Shown one piece after another: positions 37,800 through 51,073 of a stretch of 64,000 bases of DNA; position 1 is the first letter of the stretch; each line of letters opens with the position of its first letter. The stretch is from Chiloscyllium plagiosum (taxonomy: Eukaryota), in assembly GCF_004010195.1 (NCBI RefSeq), contig NC_057718.1, positions 67,234,588 to 67,298,587 of the forward strand, in the 5' to 3' direction. The notes beneath the pieces were generated by a model. It was not told the DNA's origin and ran no database searches. It saw only the letters and a program-made list of their open reading frames with translations. Position numbers and translations under genes: made by a program.

Positions 37800-38975
37800 G
37801 CTTGGTGGTCATTTGTTGTTCACTGCCATATGAAATAATTTCTTAATCTCAATAGTTGTTTGAGTCCAGCAGGAGTCTTAAAAACTCAATCTTCTATTGG
37901 TTGTCTCTTTACTGGCTGCTTTTTGATTGTCTTGTCTTTGTACTGCCTTGGCATATATTGGTATCTCTTGACCTGTTGACAGTTCTTTGTAATTAATTGA
38001 ACTAATTTGACTATTTCAAGAAGGTTGCATCCAAGACATGCATGCATATCAAGAATGAGATCTCATGATTATGAATAATGCATATATTCTCTAACGCTGA
38101 CACTTCTGTGTTGCAGTGTTGATTGTAACATACCTTTAATCTCTACTTGGGATATAACTTTAGTGTCTCAACCATGTTCTTAAAATGAACTTATAAGATG
38201 TTGGAAACCACATTCAAATATAGTCTTGTATGTATAAGAGAGGCCTTTGGGATTTAGTAGAGTCAAACTCCAAAGTTTCTTTGTTTCCTTGGTATACAAC
38301 TGTACAGAATAGAACTGCCTTTGTGACTCTGTATATATACAATTTTTAATGAATAAGGCATATTTATGAAAAAGAAATCCAGCTTTTAAATTTAATAAAA
38401 TGTTCATTGACATAAACAGGTTCTGTTAAACTTGAATCAATTGCATTGGATATCTTTTCAACTGCTAGACTAATACATTAGCATCTTTGTATAGTTAGCT
38501 ATTTGACTTTTTTTCTACTCTGTAACTGTTTCCTACATCTACATACCATCTGGAAGTAACCTATAGATTTACCAATAAATTATTCTTTTTGAATATTTGG
38601 GCACTATTATGCCTGTGAGGCTTTCTTATTCTACACATTGACAATGAGCATTAGTATCTGCAATTTGGACTATCCTTGATGTCAGCTCATGCCTTAAAAG
38701 CTGAATTTGTTCTGTTGGTCTCTTGTAATAATTTTATTCTTCTCCCTTTAGACTTTCTCTGTGCTTCTCCAAGTTTTCTGCTCCTGGCATAGTGTTAATA
38801 GTCTTCTTTTTTGGACTGTAATAAATTTGACAAAGTTTCATCAGTAATTCCAGTGATAATTACATCTCTTATGAATTCTAAGCTCCAGAGTCACAATTTT
38901 CCACCAACCTGTAGAGATCATGAATGAAATCATTGACAGATTCTCTTAAACACTGAACTCTTCTGTTAAATCTTC
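37800..38975 (-). mobile_element. Ancient Ty3/Gypsy gag-protease fossil
   Basis: 38973-38801 translates RFNRRVQCLRESVNDFIHDLYRLVENCDSGALEFIRDVIITGITDETLSNLLQSK; downstream GKSIGYFQMVCR (decayed zinc knuckle) and VYVNEHFIKFK-LD (protease). Confidence 0.75.
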
Positions 38976-39082
38976 TGGGAATATCTTTCCAAGAATTTCT
39001 TTCCAAGCAATTTATTTACTCGCTGATCATTGTCTGATGGTTGTAGCAAGTTGGAGACAGAGTCATGAACTCATGATGTCAT

Positions 39083-39340
39083 GAGTTGGTTGATGAGTTT
39101 ATTCTTGATAGCGAACCAATTCCATGCATCCTGGATTGATCCTCAAGTTTTCCTCTCAAGAAGAAGATATAACCACCACCTTGTTTCCTCAGCTGCCCTT
39201 CACCTGATCTTCAAGTTTCCTCCAGGCAGTTGAAGTGTTTGAGTTCATGGGTTACAAGGGCAGTTCTTTGTTCCAGATGATTGTTTTACTTGTTATCCAT
39301 GAGTGTTCATACATTCCGAAATTTAGTTTGACATTGGATT
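39083..39340 (-). mobile_element. RTE-clade LINE endonuclease N-terminal fragment
   Basis: NV*TLMDN..RTALVTHELKHFN..EET*RSGEGQL..GGGYIFF..HGIG-FAIKNKL. Confidence 0.8.
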
Positions 39341-39494
39341 TCAGACCATAGGTAGATGAATCCACAGGATGCAGGTTGATGCCAGACAAATTATTTTTAG
39401 AGCATCTTTCTAGCCCCTTCCCCATGTGGGTGGGGGGGTGGGTGGGGTGAGGCGACAGAATCATGAAGAGGACCTACTAGTATCCATATCCAGA

Positions 39495-39740
39495 AGATCA
39501 TCAGCTGCCATTTCTGCCACTCTAACAAGTTGACACCCCATATTCCTCTCCCCTCTCATGAACACCTTTCATCAGGAGCATTCCCTCCAGGACACCCTGG
39601 ACCACTGTTCTTTCACTCCCAATACAGTCCCACGGTACCATCCCCTGCAACCGCTGAAGGTGTAACCTGCCCATTTATCTCCTCTCTCCACAGTACCCAA
39701 GGTGAAGCAGCACTTTACCTGCACTTCTCACTATCTAGTC
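39495..39740 (+). mobile_element. Decayed Penelope fragment
   Basis: ATCATCAGCTGCCATTTCTGCCAC...CCCTGCAACCGCTGAAGGTGTAACCTGCCC, homologous to 21225-21500. Confidence 0.65.
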
Positions 39741-39741
39741 T

Positions 39742-41400
39742 ATGTGGGAGATTAGGGAGATTTTCCATATTACTGATGATTATGTCCGCAGTAAGTGTGT
39801 TTGATTAGATTAGAATCCCTACAGTGTGGAAACAGGTCATTGTGCCCAACAAGCCCACACCGACCCTCCGAAGAGTAACCCACCCAGTCCCATTTCCCTC
39901 TGACTAATGCACCTATCACTATGGGCAATTTAGCATGGCCAAATCACCTGACCTGCACATCTTTTGGACCGTGGGAGAAAACCGGAGCACCCAGAGGAAA
40001 CCCAGGCAGACACGGTGAGAATGTGCAAACTCCACACAGTTGCCCAAGGCAGGAATTGAACCTGGGGCCCTGGTGCTGTGAGCAGTGCTAACCACTGAGC
40101 CACCATGCCACCTTATCAGATCACATGGATCAGTTGGAGTGGCAGTTAGAAGCAATGAGGAATTTACAGCAGTTATGGGATGTGGTGGATGGCAGTTATC
40201 AGAAGGGAGAAAAACCTTCAGGAAAGGTAAGAGAGGGAGACAGGTAACACAGAAATCTCCTGTAGCTATGCCCATCTCAAACAAATATGTTGTTTTGGAA
40301 AATGTATGGGGTGATAGACTCTCAGGGGAATGCAGCATGAACAGCTAAGTTTCTATTACCGAAAATGGCTCTAATGTAATGAGGGGTATGTCAGGTTCCA
40401 AACGATCAGTTGTGAGAGGGGACTCTCTAGTCAGAGAAACAGACGGATATTTCTGCAGCCGACAGCGAGGAATCAGAATGTTACCTGATTACCTTGCTGG
40501 TGCCAGGATCAAGGATATCTCAGAGAAAGTGCAAAATATTCTCAAAGGGGAGAGGGACCAGCAGGTGGTCATTGTGCACATTGAAACCAACGACATAGGA
40601 AGAAAAAACAATGACATTCTGAAGGGAGAATATAGGAAGTTAGGCAGGAATTTATGAAGAAGGTCCTCGAGGGTAATAATATCTGGATTATTCCCAGTGC
40701 TATGAGCTAGTGGGGGTAGGAATAAGAGGACAGAAGAGATGAATTCATTGCTGAGGAAGTGGCCCAGGAGAGAAGGATTCACATTTTGGGATCACTGGAA
40801 TCTCTTCTGGGGTACAAGTGACCTATACAAGAAAGATGGATTGCACCTGAATTGGAAGGGGACTAAAATACTGGCAGGGAGATTTGCTTGAGATACTTGG
40901 GAGGATTTGAACGAGTAAGGTTGGGGGGAGGGACCCAGGGAGAGAGTAAGGCAAGTGATCAGCCTGAGACTGGTATACTTGAGAAAAAGAGCAAGTCAAA
41001 CTGCCAGGGCAAGCAGGAACAAAGCAGAGAATGATGTAGGACTGATAAATTAAACCTAACTTATTTCAATGCAAGAAGTCCAACAGGGAAGGCAGATGAA
41101 CTCAGGGCATAGTTAGGAACATAGCACTGGGATCTCATAGCAATTACAGGGATGGACAGGACTCACAGCTTAATGTTCCAGGATCCAAATGCTACAGAAA
41201 AGAAGGGGGCCAAGACAGGAGAGGGAGTGGCGTTTTTGATAAGGGATGACATCACATTGTATTTAAGGAGGATATTCCTGTGAATACATCCAGGAAAGTT
41301 ATTTGGGTGGAACTGAGAAATAAGAAAGGGATGATCACCTTATTGGGATTGTATTACAGATGCCGAAGTAGTCAGCAGGAAATTGAGAAACAAATTTGTA
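39742..41400 (+). mobile_element. CR1 LINE 5' part (ORF1 esterase and start of EN), interrupted by a SINE
   Basis: SPVAMPISNKYVVLENV, VVRGDSLV, GARIKDISE, DGLHLN and WVELRNKKG. Confidence 0.9.
39803..40112 (-). mobile_element. HE1-type SINE
   Basis: GGTGGCATGGTGGCTCAGTGGTTAGCACTGC head, B-box GGTTCAATTCC and (TCTAA)n tail. Confidence 0.92.
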
Positions 41401-41815
41401 TTTTGTGGAAGGGTATTTTGAAATCTTCTAGGTAGTCGTCCTGTGCTGGGTATCTTCTAATGTGGGAATGCCATTACACATTAGCAGACACACAATCCTT
41501 GACAAAAGGTAGATCCAGTTCCAGTGGCAAGGGAACTGAAAGTCTTCCTACTGCTGCAACTTTCATCCACATTCACAGCCATTGATATCACATGAGTATC
41601 TTCTGTCTGAATTGCCATTGAAGACTTGTTTTGGATTGTGCTTTGTCTGGTTCCTCTCTTCCAACCTCCATGGAAAGGAATGGCTTTATAGGTAGCATTT
41701 GATTCATGAGATTAGTTGAACTGGCTTTGATTATCTAAGGCGAAAGGAAATCTCCTGGGCTATATTATTCCTTATTTTCCTTAGGATTGGTCTCTGGTTT
41801 TTCACATCTTCCATA

Positions 41816-42488
41816 TGTGAGAAACAAAACTCACATATTAATAAATTTCAGTCCGAGTCAAATTCTGAAGCAGCAAATTTTATTGATATGTACTTGCAAG
41901 AACGGGTGCCTAACGAGTAAGCACCCCAATCTGAGGGTTACATTCTGATTTATGCTGTTCAGCTGCGTCTCTCGGTCCTCCCCTTTCACCCCATTGGTTA
42001 CTTTTACTATAGCGCGTAGCCTATCACAAGCTCTAGCTTCACTCCACCTTTGTCTAGCTTCTCTCCGCCTCTGTTTACTTCTCCCATTACTCTAAGCCTG
42101 TCGCCCCTGACTCTTATTTATCTCATTCCTTATATGTGACTATCCTGGCATAGTTTGCTGTCTTCGTGCGATCATCCTGCCAAACTAAATTCCATCCGTT
42201 GGCCACATCCCTCCTGCAACAGGCACACTATTCTCCTGTTACTGGTACATCCCGCTACACGGTCACTCTGCCCTATTTGTCATAGATAATTCTATCTGTT
42301 TTCATTTCTTCTGTTTTCCTATGCCTGGTACATCCTGCTACATGGTTGCTCTGCCCTATTAGTCATAGATAATTCTACCTGTTTTCACTTCTCATTGTTT
42401 ATTATTGGCATGTGCAGCCTAATTTTATAATGTAAACTTTTGCAGAAGCAACGCCTTATTCTGCACAATTTTAACTCTATTCCTTACA
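41816..42488 (-). mobile_element. Solo LTR, ERV-like (673 bp)
   Basis: TG...CA termini; 4-bp TSD CATA (41812-41815 and 42489-42492); on the minus strand, about 68-bp direct repeats, then CCAAT, CATAAA and AATAAA in canonical order. Confidence 0.85.
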
Positions 42489-43751
42489 CATAGGATTGCA
42501 TGATGTTGGGACAGGGTTACACAAGATGGGAAGTGTTTAATCATGATGATCCACCTAATGAGATGAGGCAATGGTCTTGCTATATCAATTTCATATGTTT
42601 AGGTACAAAAGAAGAAGAGAGGGTCTAAAACTTTGAGAATGATTTTCCAAAAGCTAACAATCTTTCTTTCTGTAACCTGTCCAGATTGTCAATGAGACTT
42701 TCTGCAGATACAAATGTAACAGCAAAATGTTAGGCAAAGTTGAAGTGTTTAAGAAATTTCCTGGCATAAGAAAGAAATCAAGTTCATGAAGGTAACTTTG
42801 CAGTGTAGAAAATGTGATAATTTTCTTTGAGCCCAAAAGATACAGAGAGGAAGAGAGTCCACATACTAATTTCTGAGTGTAGTATTTCACAGATCAAAGA
42901 TTGAAAGCATCCAACAATATACTGCATTGAGTTTTTTTTCTAGTTTCTTTCATGACCCCATAAGACAATTGTTAGGCCCCATTCACATATGAATGGAAGT
43001 ATTAATGCTCTCTGCTAAATTGGTTAATGCTCAATAACGTTTGTGTTGGCCACCCTGCTCAGGAACTTACAGCAGGCACAGCCACCTATCAAGGAAGTAT
43101 GTTGTTTTTAGAGTTTGCTGTGGAGCCATGTCAAATCATCCTCTTCCACATACATGAAATTCGTTCCCTGGAAAAGTGGAAATGCCTCAGGCAGAGCAAC
43201 CAAATTTTCAAAGACTCAAGCCTTCACTTCTGATAAGCCTTCAGGTTGGGACATGGGCTGCCTTTGCAACATGGCAATATACTCAAAGACCAGTCATACT
43301 TTGAATTTAAAGTTGTTGATACTGGGGGAAAGATTAAATGTTAACCATTGTAGATAATAGCTGTAGAAATTCAAAGACATGAAATAACATGTTCTGAAAA
43401 ATGCAAAGGAATTCAGCATGGTTTTAGATGTGACAGGGATTCAAAATTGTAAGTGGAATTCATCTTGGGATAACCGATATGATTTAATGATGAATAGAAA
43501 AATTTACTTAGGTAGAAAGTGTATAGAGTGCAAATGAGTGCCTGAATTGCTGGAACAGAGTCATATGGTGAGCCATTAACTTCAGCACAGGTAACTAATT
43601 TAGTTAACATGAAAGTTATGTAGCCTAGAAGGAAATATTCCTCAATCTAATTTTCTCCCTGCATTTAACTTTCAGAGAAAGCATGATAAAATCATAACAA
43701 ATTGTCCCAATGCATGTAATATGCAAATCTATGCATAACGTAGACAAATGA

Positions 43752-46300
43752 GTCCTGGATGGCATGTTGCCTGCCAGGTGTCAGGGTGCAGGACATCTCT
43801 GACCAGCTTGAAAGGATATTGGAGCGGGAAGGGGAGGGTCCAGTTGTTGTGGTCAACGTTGGGACTAACAACAGGGATAAGGCTAGGTTGGGGGACCTAT
43901 TTGGGGATTATCAAGCACTAGGAACTAAATTAAGGAAAAGGTCCTCGAGGGTTTTAATTTCGGGATTACTACCTGAATCACGACTAAATTGGCTTAAGGA
44001 TAAAAAAATTAGGAAAGTAAACATGTAGCTAAGGGAGTGGTGTGGGAAAGAGGGGTCCCATTTTGTGGGCATTGGCATCAGTTTTGGAACAGGAGGGATC
44101 TGTACCTATGGGACAGTCTCCACCTGAACTGATCTGGAACCAGTATTCTAGCGAAAAGGATAAATAGGGTGGTCACTAGGACATTAGTGACTCGGGGGAA
44201 GGGAAAGGGAAAATGACATAAGGTATGTTGGCAAATAAGTGGGTAAGCAGCAGGTTAGCATGTGTGCAGGAGGGCTAAAGTTCAAGGCAGACTATGACAG
44301 AAGTAAAAAGGAAGGATAACTCAGGAGGTATTATGAGAGATGTTAGAAATCATGAGGGTAAGCAAACTAGCATCAGGGCACTTTACCTGAATGCTCATGG
44401 CATTCGTAACAAGGTTAATGAGTTAATGGCATAAATCATTGTAAATGAATATGATTTGGTAGCCATTACGGAGACATAGTTACAGGACAGTCATGACTGG
44501 GAGTTAAATATCCAGGGGCATCAGACTGTTGGGAAGGGCAGTCAGGGAAGTAGAGGAGGTGGTGAAGCTCTAATATTTAAGGACAACATCAGGGCAGTGA
44601 TGAGAGATATGAAGAATAGGTTGAATCCATTTGGGTGGAAATGAGAAATTCCAACAAAAGAAAATCACTGATAGATGTAGTCTATAGGCCGACAAATAAT
44701 AATATCACACTGGGCAGGCAACAAACAAAGAAATATCTAATGCCTGCAAAAATGGTACTGCATTTATCATGGGAGATGTTGATTGATCAAACAAGGTCAG
44801 TCAGGGTAGCCATGAGGAGAAGTTCATTGAATGTATCCACGATAGTCTTCTTGAACAGGATGTAATGGAACTGACAAGGGAACAAGCTGTCCTAGATCTG
44901 GTCCTATGTAATGAGACAGGAATAATTAACCATGTCATATTTAGGGATCATCTTAGAAGAAGCAATTACAATATGGTTGAATTTAGAATACGGATGGAAA
45001 CTGCAAAGATAAAATCCAATGCCAGGGTCCTGTGCTTAAACAAGAGAGACTACAACAGGATGAAGGAGGAGTTGGCTAAAGTAGACTGGTAACAAGACTT
45101 TATGATGGGACAGTTGATGAACAGTGAAGAACTTTCAAAACAATTTTTCAAAGTGCTCAGCAAAAGTATATACCAGTGAAAAGGAAGGACTGTAAGAAAA
45201 GGGGTAATCTGCTATGGATGTCTAAGGAAATAAGGGAGGTTATCAAATTGAAAGAGAAGGCATACAAAGTGGCCAAGATCAGCAGGAAACTAAAAGATTT
45301 GGGACACCTTTAAGGTCAACAGAAAGCCACAAAAAGAGCTATAAAGAAATGTAAGATAGATTATGAGAAAAAAAAAAGCTCAAAATATAAAGACAGCGTG
45401 CAAAAGTTTATATAAAGTAAACATTGGTTCTTTCGAGGATGAGAAGGGAAATTTACTCATGGGATATGAGGAAATGGCTGAGATATTAAATAGATATTTT
45501 GTGTCGGTCTTCACAGTGGAGGACACTAATAGCATGCCAGTAATTGAAAAAGAGACAAAAGTAGCTGAGGACCTGGAAACAATCATTATCAATGAAATAG
45601 TAGTGTTGGGCAAGCTAATGGAGCTCAAGGTAGACAAGTCTCCTGGCCCTGATGGAATGGATCCCATGATGCTAAAAGAGATGGTCCGAGAAATAGCAAA
45701 TGCATTTGTGGTAATTTTCCAAAATTCTCTGGACTCTGAGGCAGTTCCAACAGATTGGGAAATAGCAAATGTGATGCCATTGTTTAAAAAGGAAGGCAGA
45801 CAAAAGATGGGGAATTATAGACCGGTTAGTTTAACTTCTGTAGTGGGGAAAATGCTTGAGTCTATTATCAAGGATGAAATAGCAAGGCATTTAGATAGAA
45901 ATTATCACATTGGGCAGACGCAGCATGGGTTCATGAAGGGCAGGTCATGCTTAACTAATCTTTTGGAATTCTATGAAGATATTCCAAGCACAATAGACAA
46001 TGGGGACCCAGCTGATGTGGTGTATCTAGGTTTCCAAAAGGCATTTGACAAGGTGCCACTCAAAGGGCTATCGAGTAAAATAAGGTGTTATGGCAATGTA
46101 TTAGCATGGATAGAGGATTAGCTAACCAACAGGAAGCAAACAGTGAAGATAAATGAGTGATTTTCTGTTTGGCAATCAGTGACTAATTGTGTGCCTCACT
46201 GATCAGTGTTGGGACCGCAATTAGTCACAATCTACATAGATGATTTGGATTTGGAACCATGTGTAGTGTGTCAAAGTTTGCAAATGACACAAAGATGGTT
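43752..46300 (+). mobile_element. CR1 LINE (ORF1 esterase, EN and RT), decayed
   Basis: ACCLPGVRVQDIS, VVVNVGTN, KSPGPDG, NYRPVSLTSVVGK, QHGFMKGRSCLTNL and FQKAFDKVP. Confidence 0.93.
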
Positions 46301-46304
46301 TGTG

Positions 46305-46882
46305 CAGGATATTAGTTAGGCCACTGTTGGAATATTGTGTGTAATTCTGGTCTCCTTCCTATCGGAAAGATGTTGTAAAACATGTAAGGGTTCAGAAAAG
46401 ATTTACAAGGATGTTGCCAGGGTTGGAGGATTTAAGCTATAGTGGGAGGTTGAATAGGCTAGGGCTGTTTTCCTTGGAACGTTGGAGGCTGAGGGGTGAC
46501 CTCATACAGGTTTATAAAATCATGAGGGGCATGGATAGGATAAATAGTCAAAGTCTCTTCCTTGGGGTGGGGGAGTCCAGAACTAGAGGGCATAGGTTTA
46601 GGATGAGAGGGAAAACATATAAAAGAGAGCTGAGGGGCAACTTTTTCATGCAGAGGGTGGTACGTGTATGGAATGAGCTACCAGAAGAAGTGGTGGAGGC
46701 TGGTACAATTGCAACATTTAAAAGGCATTTGGATGGGTATATGAATAGGAAGGGTTTAGAGGCAAATGGGCCAGGTGCTAGCAGGTGGGACCAGATTAGG
46801 TCGGGATATCTGGTCGGTATGGACGAGTTGGACCCAAGGGTCTGTTTCCGTGCTATACATCTCTATGACTGTATGACTCTAT
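46305..46882 (+). mobile_element. CR1 (HER1-like) 3' fragment joined to the preceding CR1
   Basis: Same subfamily as 3430-4042 and 8480-9258; CTCTATGACTGTATGACTCTATG tail. Confidence 0.93.
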
Positions 46883-48044
46883 GTTGAAGATGTGACGTGT
46901 GGTGAATCCCTTCAGGTGGTAATGTTAGTGGATAAACTTGACCAAGTATAAAATACAAATTCACTCTTGAGTTGTGTTTTTTGGGAAAAGGATTTGAGAT
47001 CGGGCAAAGCAGTAGGCTTATTCCAGTGAAATAATGGTCATAATCATGTAAAATCTAATGCAAAGTAAAGGTCGAAGGAAAGATTGGGTGAAGGAACAAT
47101 GTACGAAACATAAGTTACTGAGAACTCTGAAAATTTACTCCAGCCCAGGATGATGGGAGGAAATTCCCTAACTGAAATTGTGTAGTCACAATTGTGTTCA
47201 TAGTAGATATGGGTTGAAAGCACTAAACCACTCAATTTAGGGCAAAGTAAGACTAAGTCACTGAGGAATACCACAAAGGTCATTGCATATTGAAAATGCC
47301 ATACAATTGGAGCAGAGTATAGGAAGCTTTCCCCACTTCCAATAGTTTGCAACACCTGATCCAGGAGTGTTTCAGGTTGGAATTGGAATTTATTCCTGTC
47401 TCCAATGCTGTCGTGATGGACCCCTGCTTTGTCAAGTGGGATTATATGAAATGTCTCCAGTCAGCATTCCCATGCCTCCTAGTGGCCAGTTACAGAACAA
47501 CTCTGGGACAAGGTCACAAAAAGAGTAGGTTGTTACACATACAAAATGCTGTATTGTTCAAAATACAAAACAACTGAACAATAACTGAACCAAATAAACA
47601 CTTGAAATACAAGGCTTCAGCTGGTCCACATATATTTTACTGCTTGATACACAGATACCCAATAGTTATTAGGAGACAGTATGGCAGCAGATATTAGTTC
47701 AGATTAGTGTATTCATCAGTTGAAAACAATATTTTAAAAAAATATGGTTTTTCTACAGTCCTGTTACATCACATTTGTGGTTTAACAGATCTGTATCATT
47801 TTGCAAATTTCTACTTTCTTGACCTGTGATAAAATTGTTACATTTGCACTGTTCAAAGAATCATAAGAACCATGGCAATGTATGGAAATGTTTCAACTGT
47901 TTACATTATGGAGAAACCTTGGGTACACAAACCAACATAAATCTTAATGAAGGAAGCTATTTTTTGGGTGTATTATGAAGAAGTATACAGCAATACTATA
48001 GGCAACTGCGTGTATGACAAAGTAAAACCTGTACTAGACATTTA

Positions 48045-49040
48045 TAACATAACATAAGAACTAGGTGCAGGAGTAGACCATCTGGCCCTTCGAGCCTGCT
48101 CCACCATTCAATCATGGCTATCTTTTTGTGGCCTCAGCTCCACTTACCTGCCCTCTCACTTTAACCCTTAATTGCTTCACCGCTCAAAAAAATTATCTAT
48201 CTTAACTTTAAAAACATTTACCAAGGAAGCCTCAAACATTTCACTAATGTTGACTTCTCCACCTCATGATGCTGCCTGGCTTGCTGTGTTCTTCTAGCCT
48301 CCTGCCTGGCTGTTTTGGATTTCAGCATCTGCAGTTTTTTTTGTCTCAACCACTTCATTGGGCTGTGAATTCCATTGATTTACAACTCTTTAGGTGAACA
48401 AGTTCCATCTCAATTCAGTCCTAAATCTTCTTCCCTGATTTTGAAGCTATGCTCTCTTGTCCTAGTTTTGCCAGCCTGTAGAAACACCCTCTCTACTTTT
48501 ATCTTATCTATTCCCTTCATAATTTTATATGTTTCCATAAAATCCCCCCTCATTCTTCTAAATTCCAATGAATATAATCCCAGTCTCCTCAGTCTCTCCT
48601 CATAAGCCAACCCCTTCAACTCCGGAATCAAACTAGTGAATCTCTTCTGCACCCCTTCTAATGCCAGTATATCCTTTCTCAAGTAAGGAGACCAAAACCG
48701 CATGCAGTACACCAGGTGTGGTCTCACCAGCATCCTATACAGTTGCAACGTAACTTCTCTACTTTAAACTCAATCCTTTTATCAATGAAGGACAAAATTC
48801 CATTTACCTTCTTAATTACCTCTTGCACCTGCAGACTACCTTCTGTGATTCATGTACAAGGATACCCAAGTCTCTCTGCACAGCAGTGTGCTGAAGTTTC
48901 TTACCATTAAAGTAATTGTCCTTTTTACTGTTATTCCTATTGAAATGGATGAGTTCACATTTATTAACATTGTTCTCCATCTGCCCATTCACTTAAACTA
49001 TCTATGTCCATTTGCAAAGTTTCACAGTCTTCTGCACACT
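48045..49040 (-). mobile_element. CR1 3' fragment containing a PLE mini-element at about 48248-48347
   Basis: LVRPHLVYCMRFWSP and FRRMRGD; tail TTCTTATGTT. Confidence 0.9.
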
Positions 49041-49051
49041 TTGGTCTACCA

Positions 49052-49300
49052 CTTTGTGTAAGAGGTAGGGTGGGAAGAGGTGTAATCCAGGTAGCTGTGG
49101 GAGTCGGTGGGTTTGTAGAAAATGTCAGTGTCAAGTCGGTCGTCACTGATGGAGATGGAGAGGTCCAGGAAGGGGAGGGAGGTGTCAGAGATGGACCAGG
49201 TAAATTTAAGGTCAGGGTGGAATGTGTTGGTGAAGTTGATGAATTGCTGAACCTCCTCGCGGGAGCACGAGGTGGCACCAATGCAGTCATCAATGCAGTC
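49052..49300 (-). mobile_element. Penelope RT fragment
   Basis: IDDCIGATSCSREEVQQFINFTNTFHPDLKFTWSISD...KPTDSHSYLDY. Confidence 0.9.
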
Positions 49301-49730
49301 AGAACCTTTTGCCCAGAGTTGAAATGTCTAAAACTAGGGGGGTCATGTGTTTAAGGTGAGAGGGGGAAAGTTCAAAGGAGATGTGAGGGGCAAAGGTTTA
49401 CACAGAGAGTGGTAAGAGTCTGGTACACACTGCCAGGAGTGGTGGTGGAGACAGATACAATAGGGACATTTATTGCACTTTTAGATAAGCACATGAATAT
49501 GCAAGGTATGGAGGGATATGGTCCAAGAGTCAAAAGAGTGTGGCGCTGGAAAAGCAAAACAGGTCAGGCAGCATCCAATGAGCAGGAGAATCGATGTTTC
49601 AGGCAAAAGCCCTTCATTAGAATATGGACCAAGGGCAGGCAGAAAGGATTAGTTTAATGTGGCGTCATGTTTGGTACAACATCGTGGGCTGAAGGGCCAC
49701 CTCCTGTGCTGTACTGTTCTATGTTCTATG
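49300..49730 (+). mobile_element. CR1 3' fragment with a minus-strand PLE mini-element at 49528-49621
   Basis: RVVRVWYTLP; the mini-element has TSD ATATGG(T/A)CCAAG at 49516-49527 and 49622-49633. Confidence 0.88.
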
Positions 49731-49745
49731 ATTCAAGCCACACCA

Positions 49746-50066
49746 GGGCATCATGGTGGCTCAGTGGTTAGCACTGCTATCTCACAGCAGTAGGGATGCG
49801 GGTTTAGCCTTGGATGACCTGCAGAGTGGAGTTTGCACGTTCTCCCTGTGACTGTGTAGGTTTCCTCCAGGTGCTCTGGTTTCCTCTCAGGAGTCCAAAA
49901 ATCTGCAGGCTAGGTGGATTAGCTGTGCTCTAGTATGCAGGCTTAGTGGACTAGCACAGGAAAATGCAGGAGAGGGTGGTGGAGCTGAGTCTGTGTGGGA
50001 TGCTCTTCAGGATATCAGTGCAGACTCCAAGGGCTGAATGGCCTCTTTCCACATTGTAGGGATTGT
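49746..50066 (+). mobile_element. HE1-type SINE
   Basis: GGGCATCATGGTGGCTCAGTGGTTAGCACTGC head; tail CCACATTGTAGGGATT. Confidence 0.9.
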
Positions 50067-50524
50067 CTCAAATGCAATTCTATTGTTTTTCAAAGAGGGA
50101 GTTTAAAAAGTGGATAAGAACTAATCTCACCAATGTTTTGCACAACTGCAGTAAACGGTCTCTATTTTTTATATTCAGTTTCCCGTGCAATAAACCAACT
50201 TCCCACTTCATTTCTGAATCACTTGCTGTACCTGTTTATCAGATTCTTGTGATCTATGCTGCAGGAAGGCCAAGACCCTCAGGACCCGACAGTTCTGTAA
50301 AAGTTCTCCACTTGGATCATAAGCTGTTTTTCCACTCTCCCTCCCCACGTTTTCACAAATTCCAGTCTATATCCGCTCACCTGACCTGCCCATATCCCTT
50401 TGACAGTGGGTGGTGTACAAGGCAAGTAGTTACAGCAAGGAAAGAGAAAAGAATGTTACCATTGATTGTGAAGGCAATTAGATTCAGAAGTAGGAAAGTT
50501 ATGCTTCAATTATATTTCAATTCT

Positions 50525-50868
50525 AGGGGAGCTGATGGCTTAGTGACATTATTAATCTGGAGACCCAGGGAAAGTTCTGGCAACCTGGGTTTGAATCCCA
50601 CCATGGCAGGTGGTAGCATTTGAATTCAACAAAAACTGAAATTCCAAGTCAAATGATGACCATGAAACTATTGTTGATCATTAGGAAAATCCCACCTTCG
50701 CTAATGTCCTTCAGGGAAGGAAATCTGCCATCCTCACCTAGTCTGGCCTACATGGGACTCCAGACCCACAGCAATGTGTAGTTGACTCTCAACTAACTTT
50801 TAGGCAATTAGGGATAAGTAATAAGTGCATGTCTGTCAGTGATGTCCACATCCCATTAATGAATAAAA
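50525..50868 (+). mobile_element. tRNA-derived SINE (second family) inserted in a CR1 fragment (about 50400-51070)
   Basis: A-box TGGCTTAGTG, B-box GGTTTGAATCC; tail GGCAATTAGGGAT..CCACATCCCATTAATGAATAAAA resembles the L2/CR1-group LINE tail. Confidence 0.8.
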
Positions 50869-51073
50869 TAATGATCGAGGGTACTGGCAAGACCATACTT
50901 GGAGCATTATGCTCAATCTTGGCCATCTTACTGAGGGAGGATGTTAATGCATTGGAGGAAGTTCAGAGAATGCTTACCAGCCTGATACCTGGAAGGGGTG
51001 GGTTGTCTAATGAGGAAAGGTTACTCAGACTGGCCTTGTATCTGCTCGGGTTTGGAAGTGTAAGAGTCAAAGT

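Noticed and set aside
42685..42791. Exon-like segment (pyrimidine tract-CAG ... AAG|GTAACT)
   Set aside because: Stops occur in all three frames and there is no partner exon; it cannot be supported without RNA data.
45363..46121. 252-aa ORF as a functional gene
   Set aside because: It is a CR1 RT segment surrounded by stops and frameshifts.
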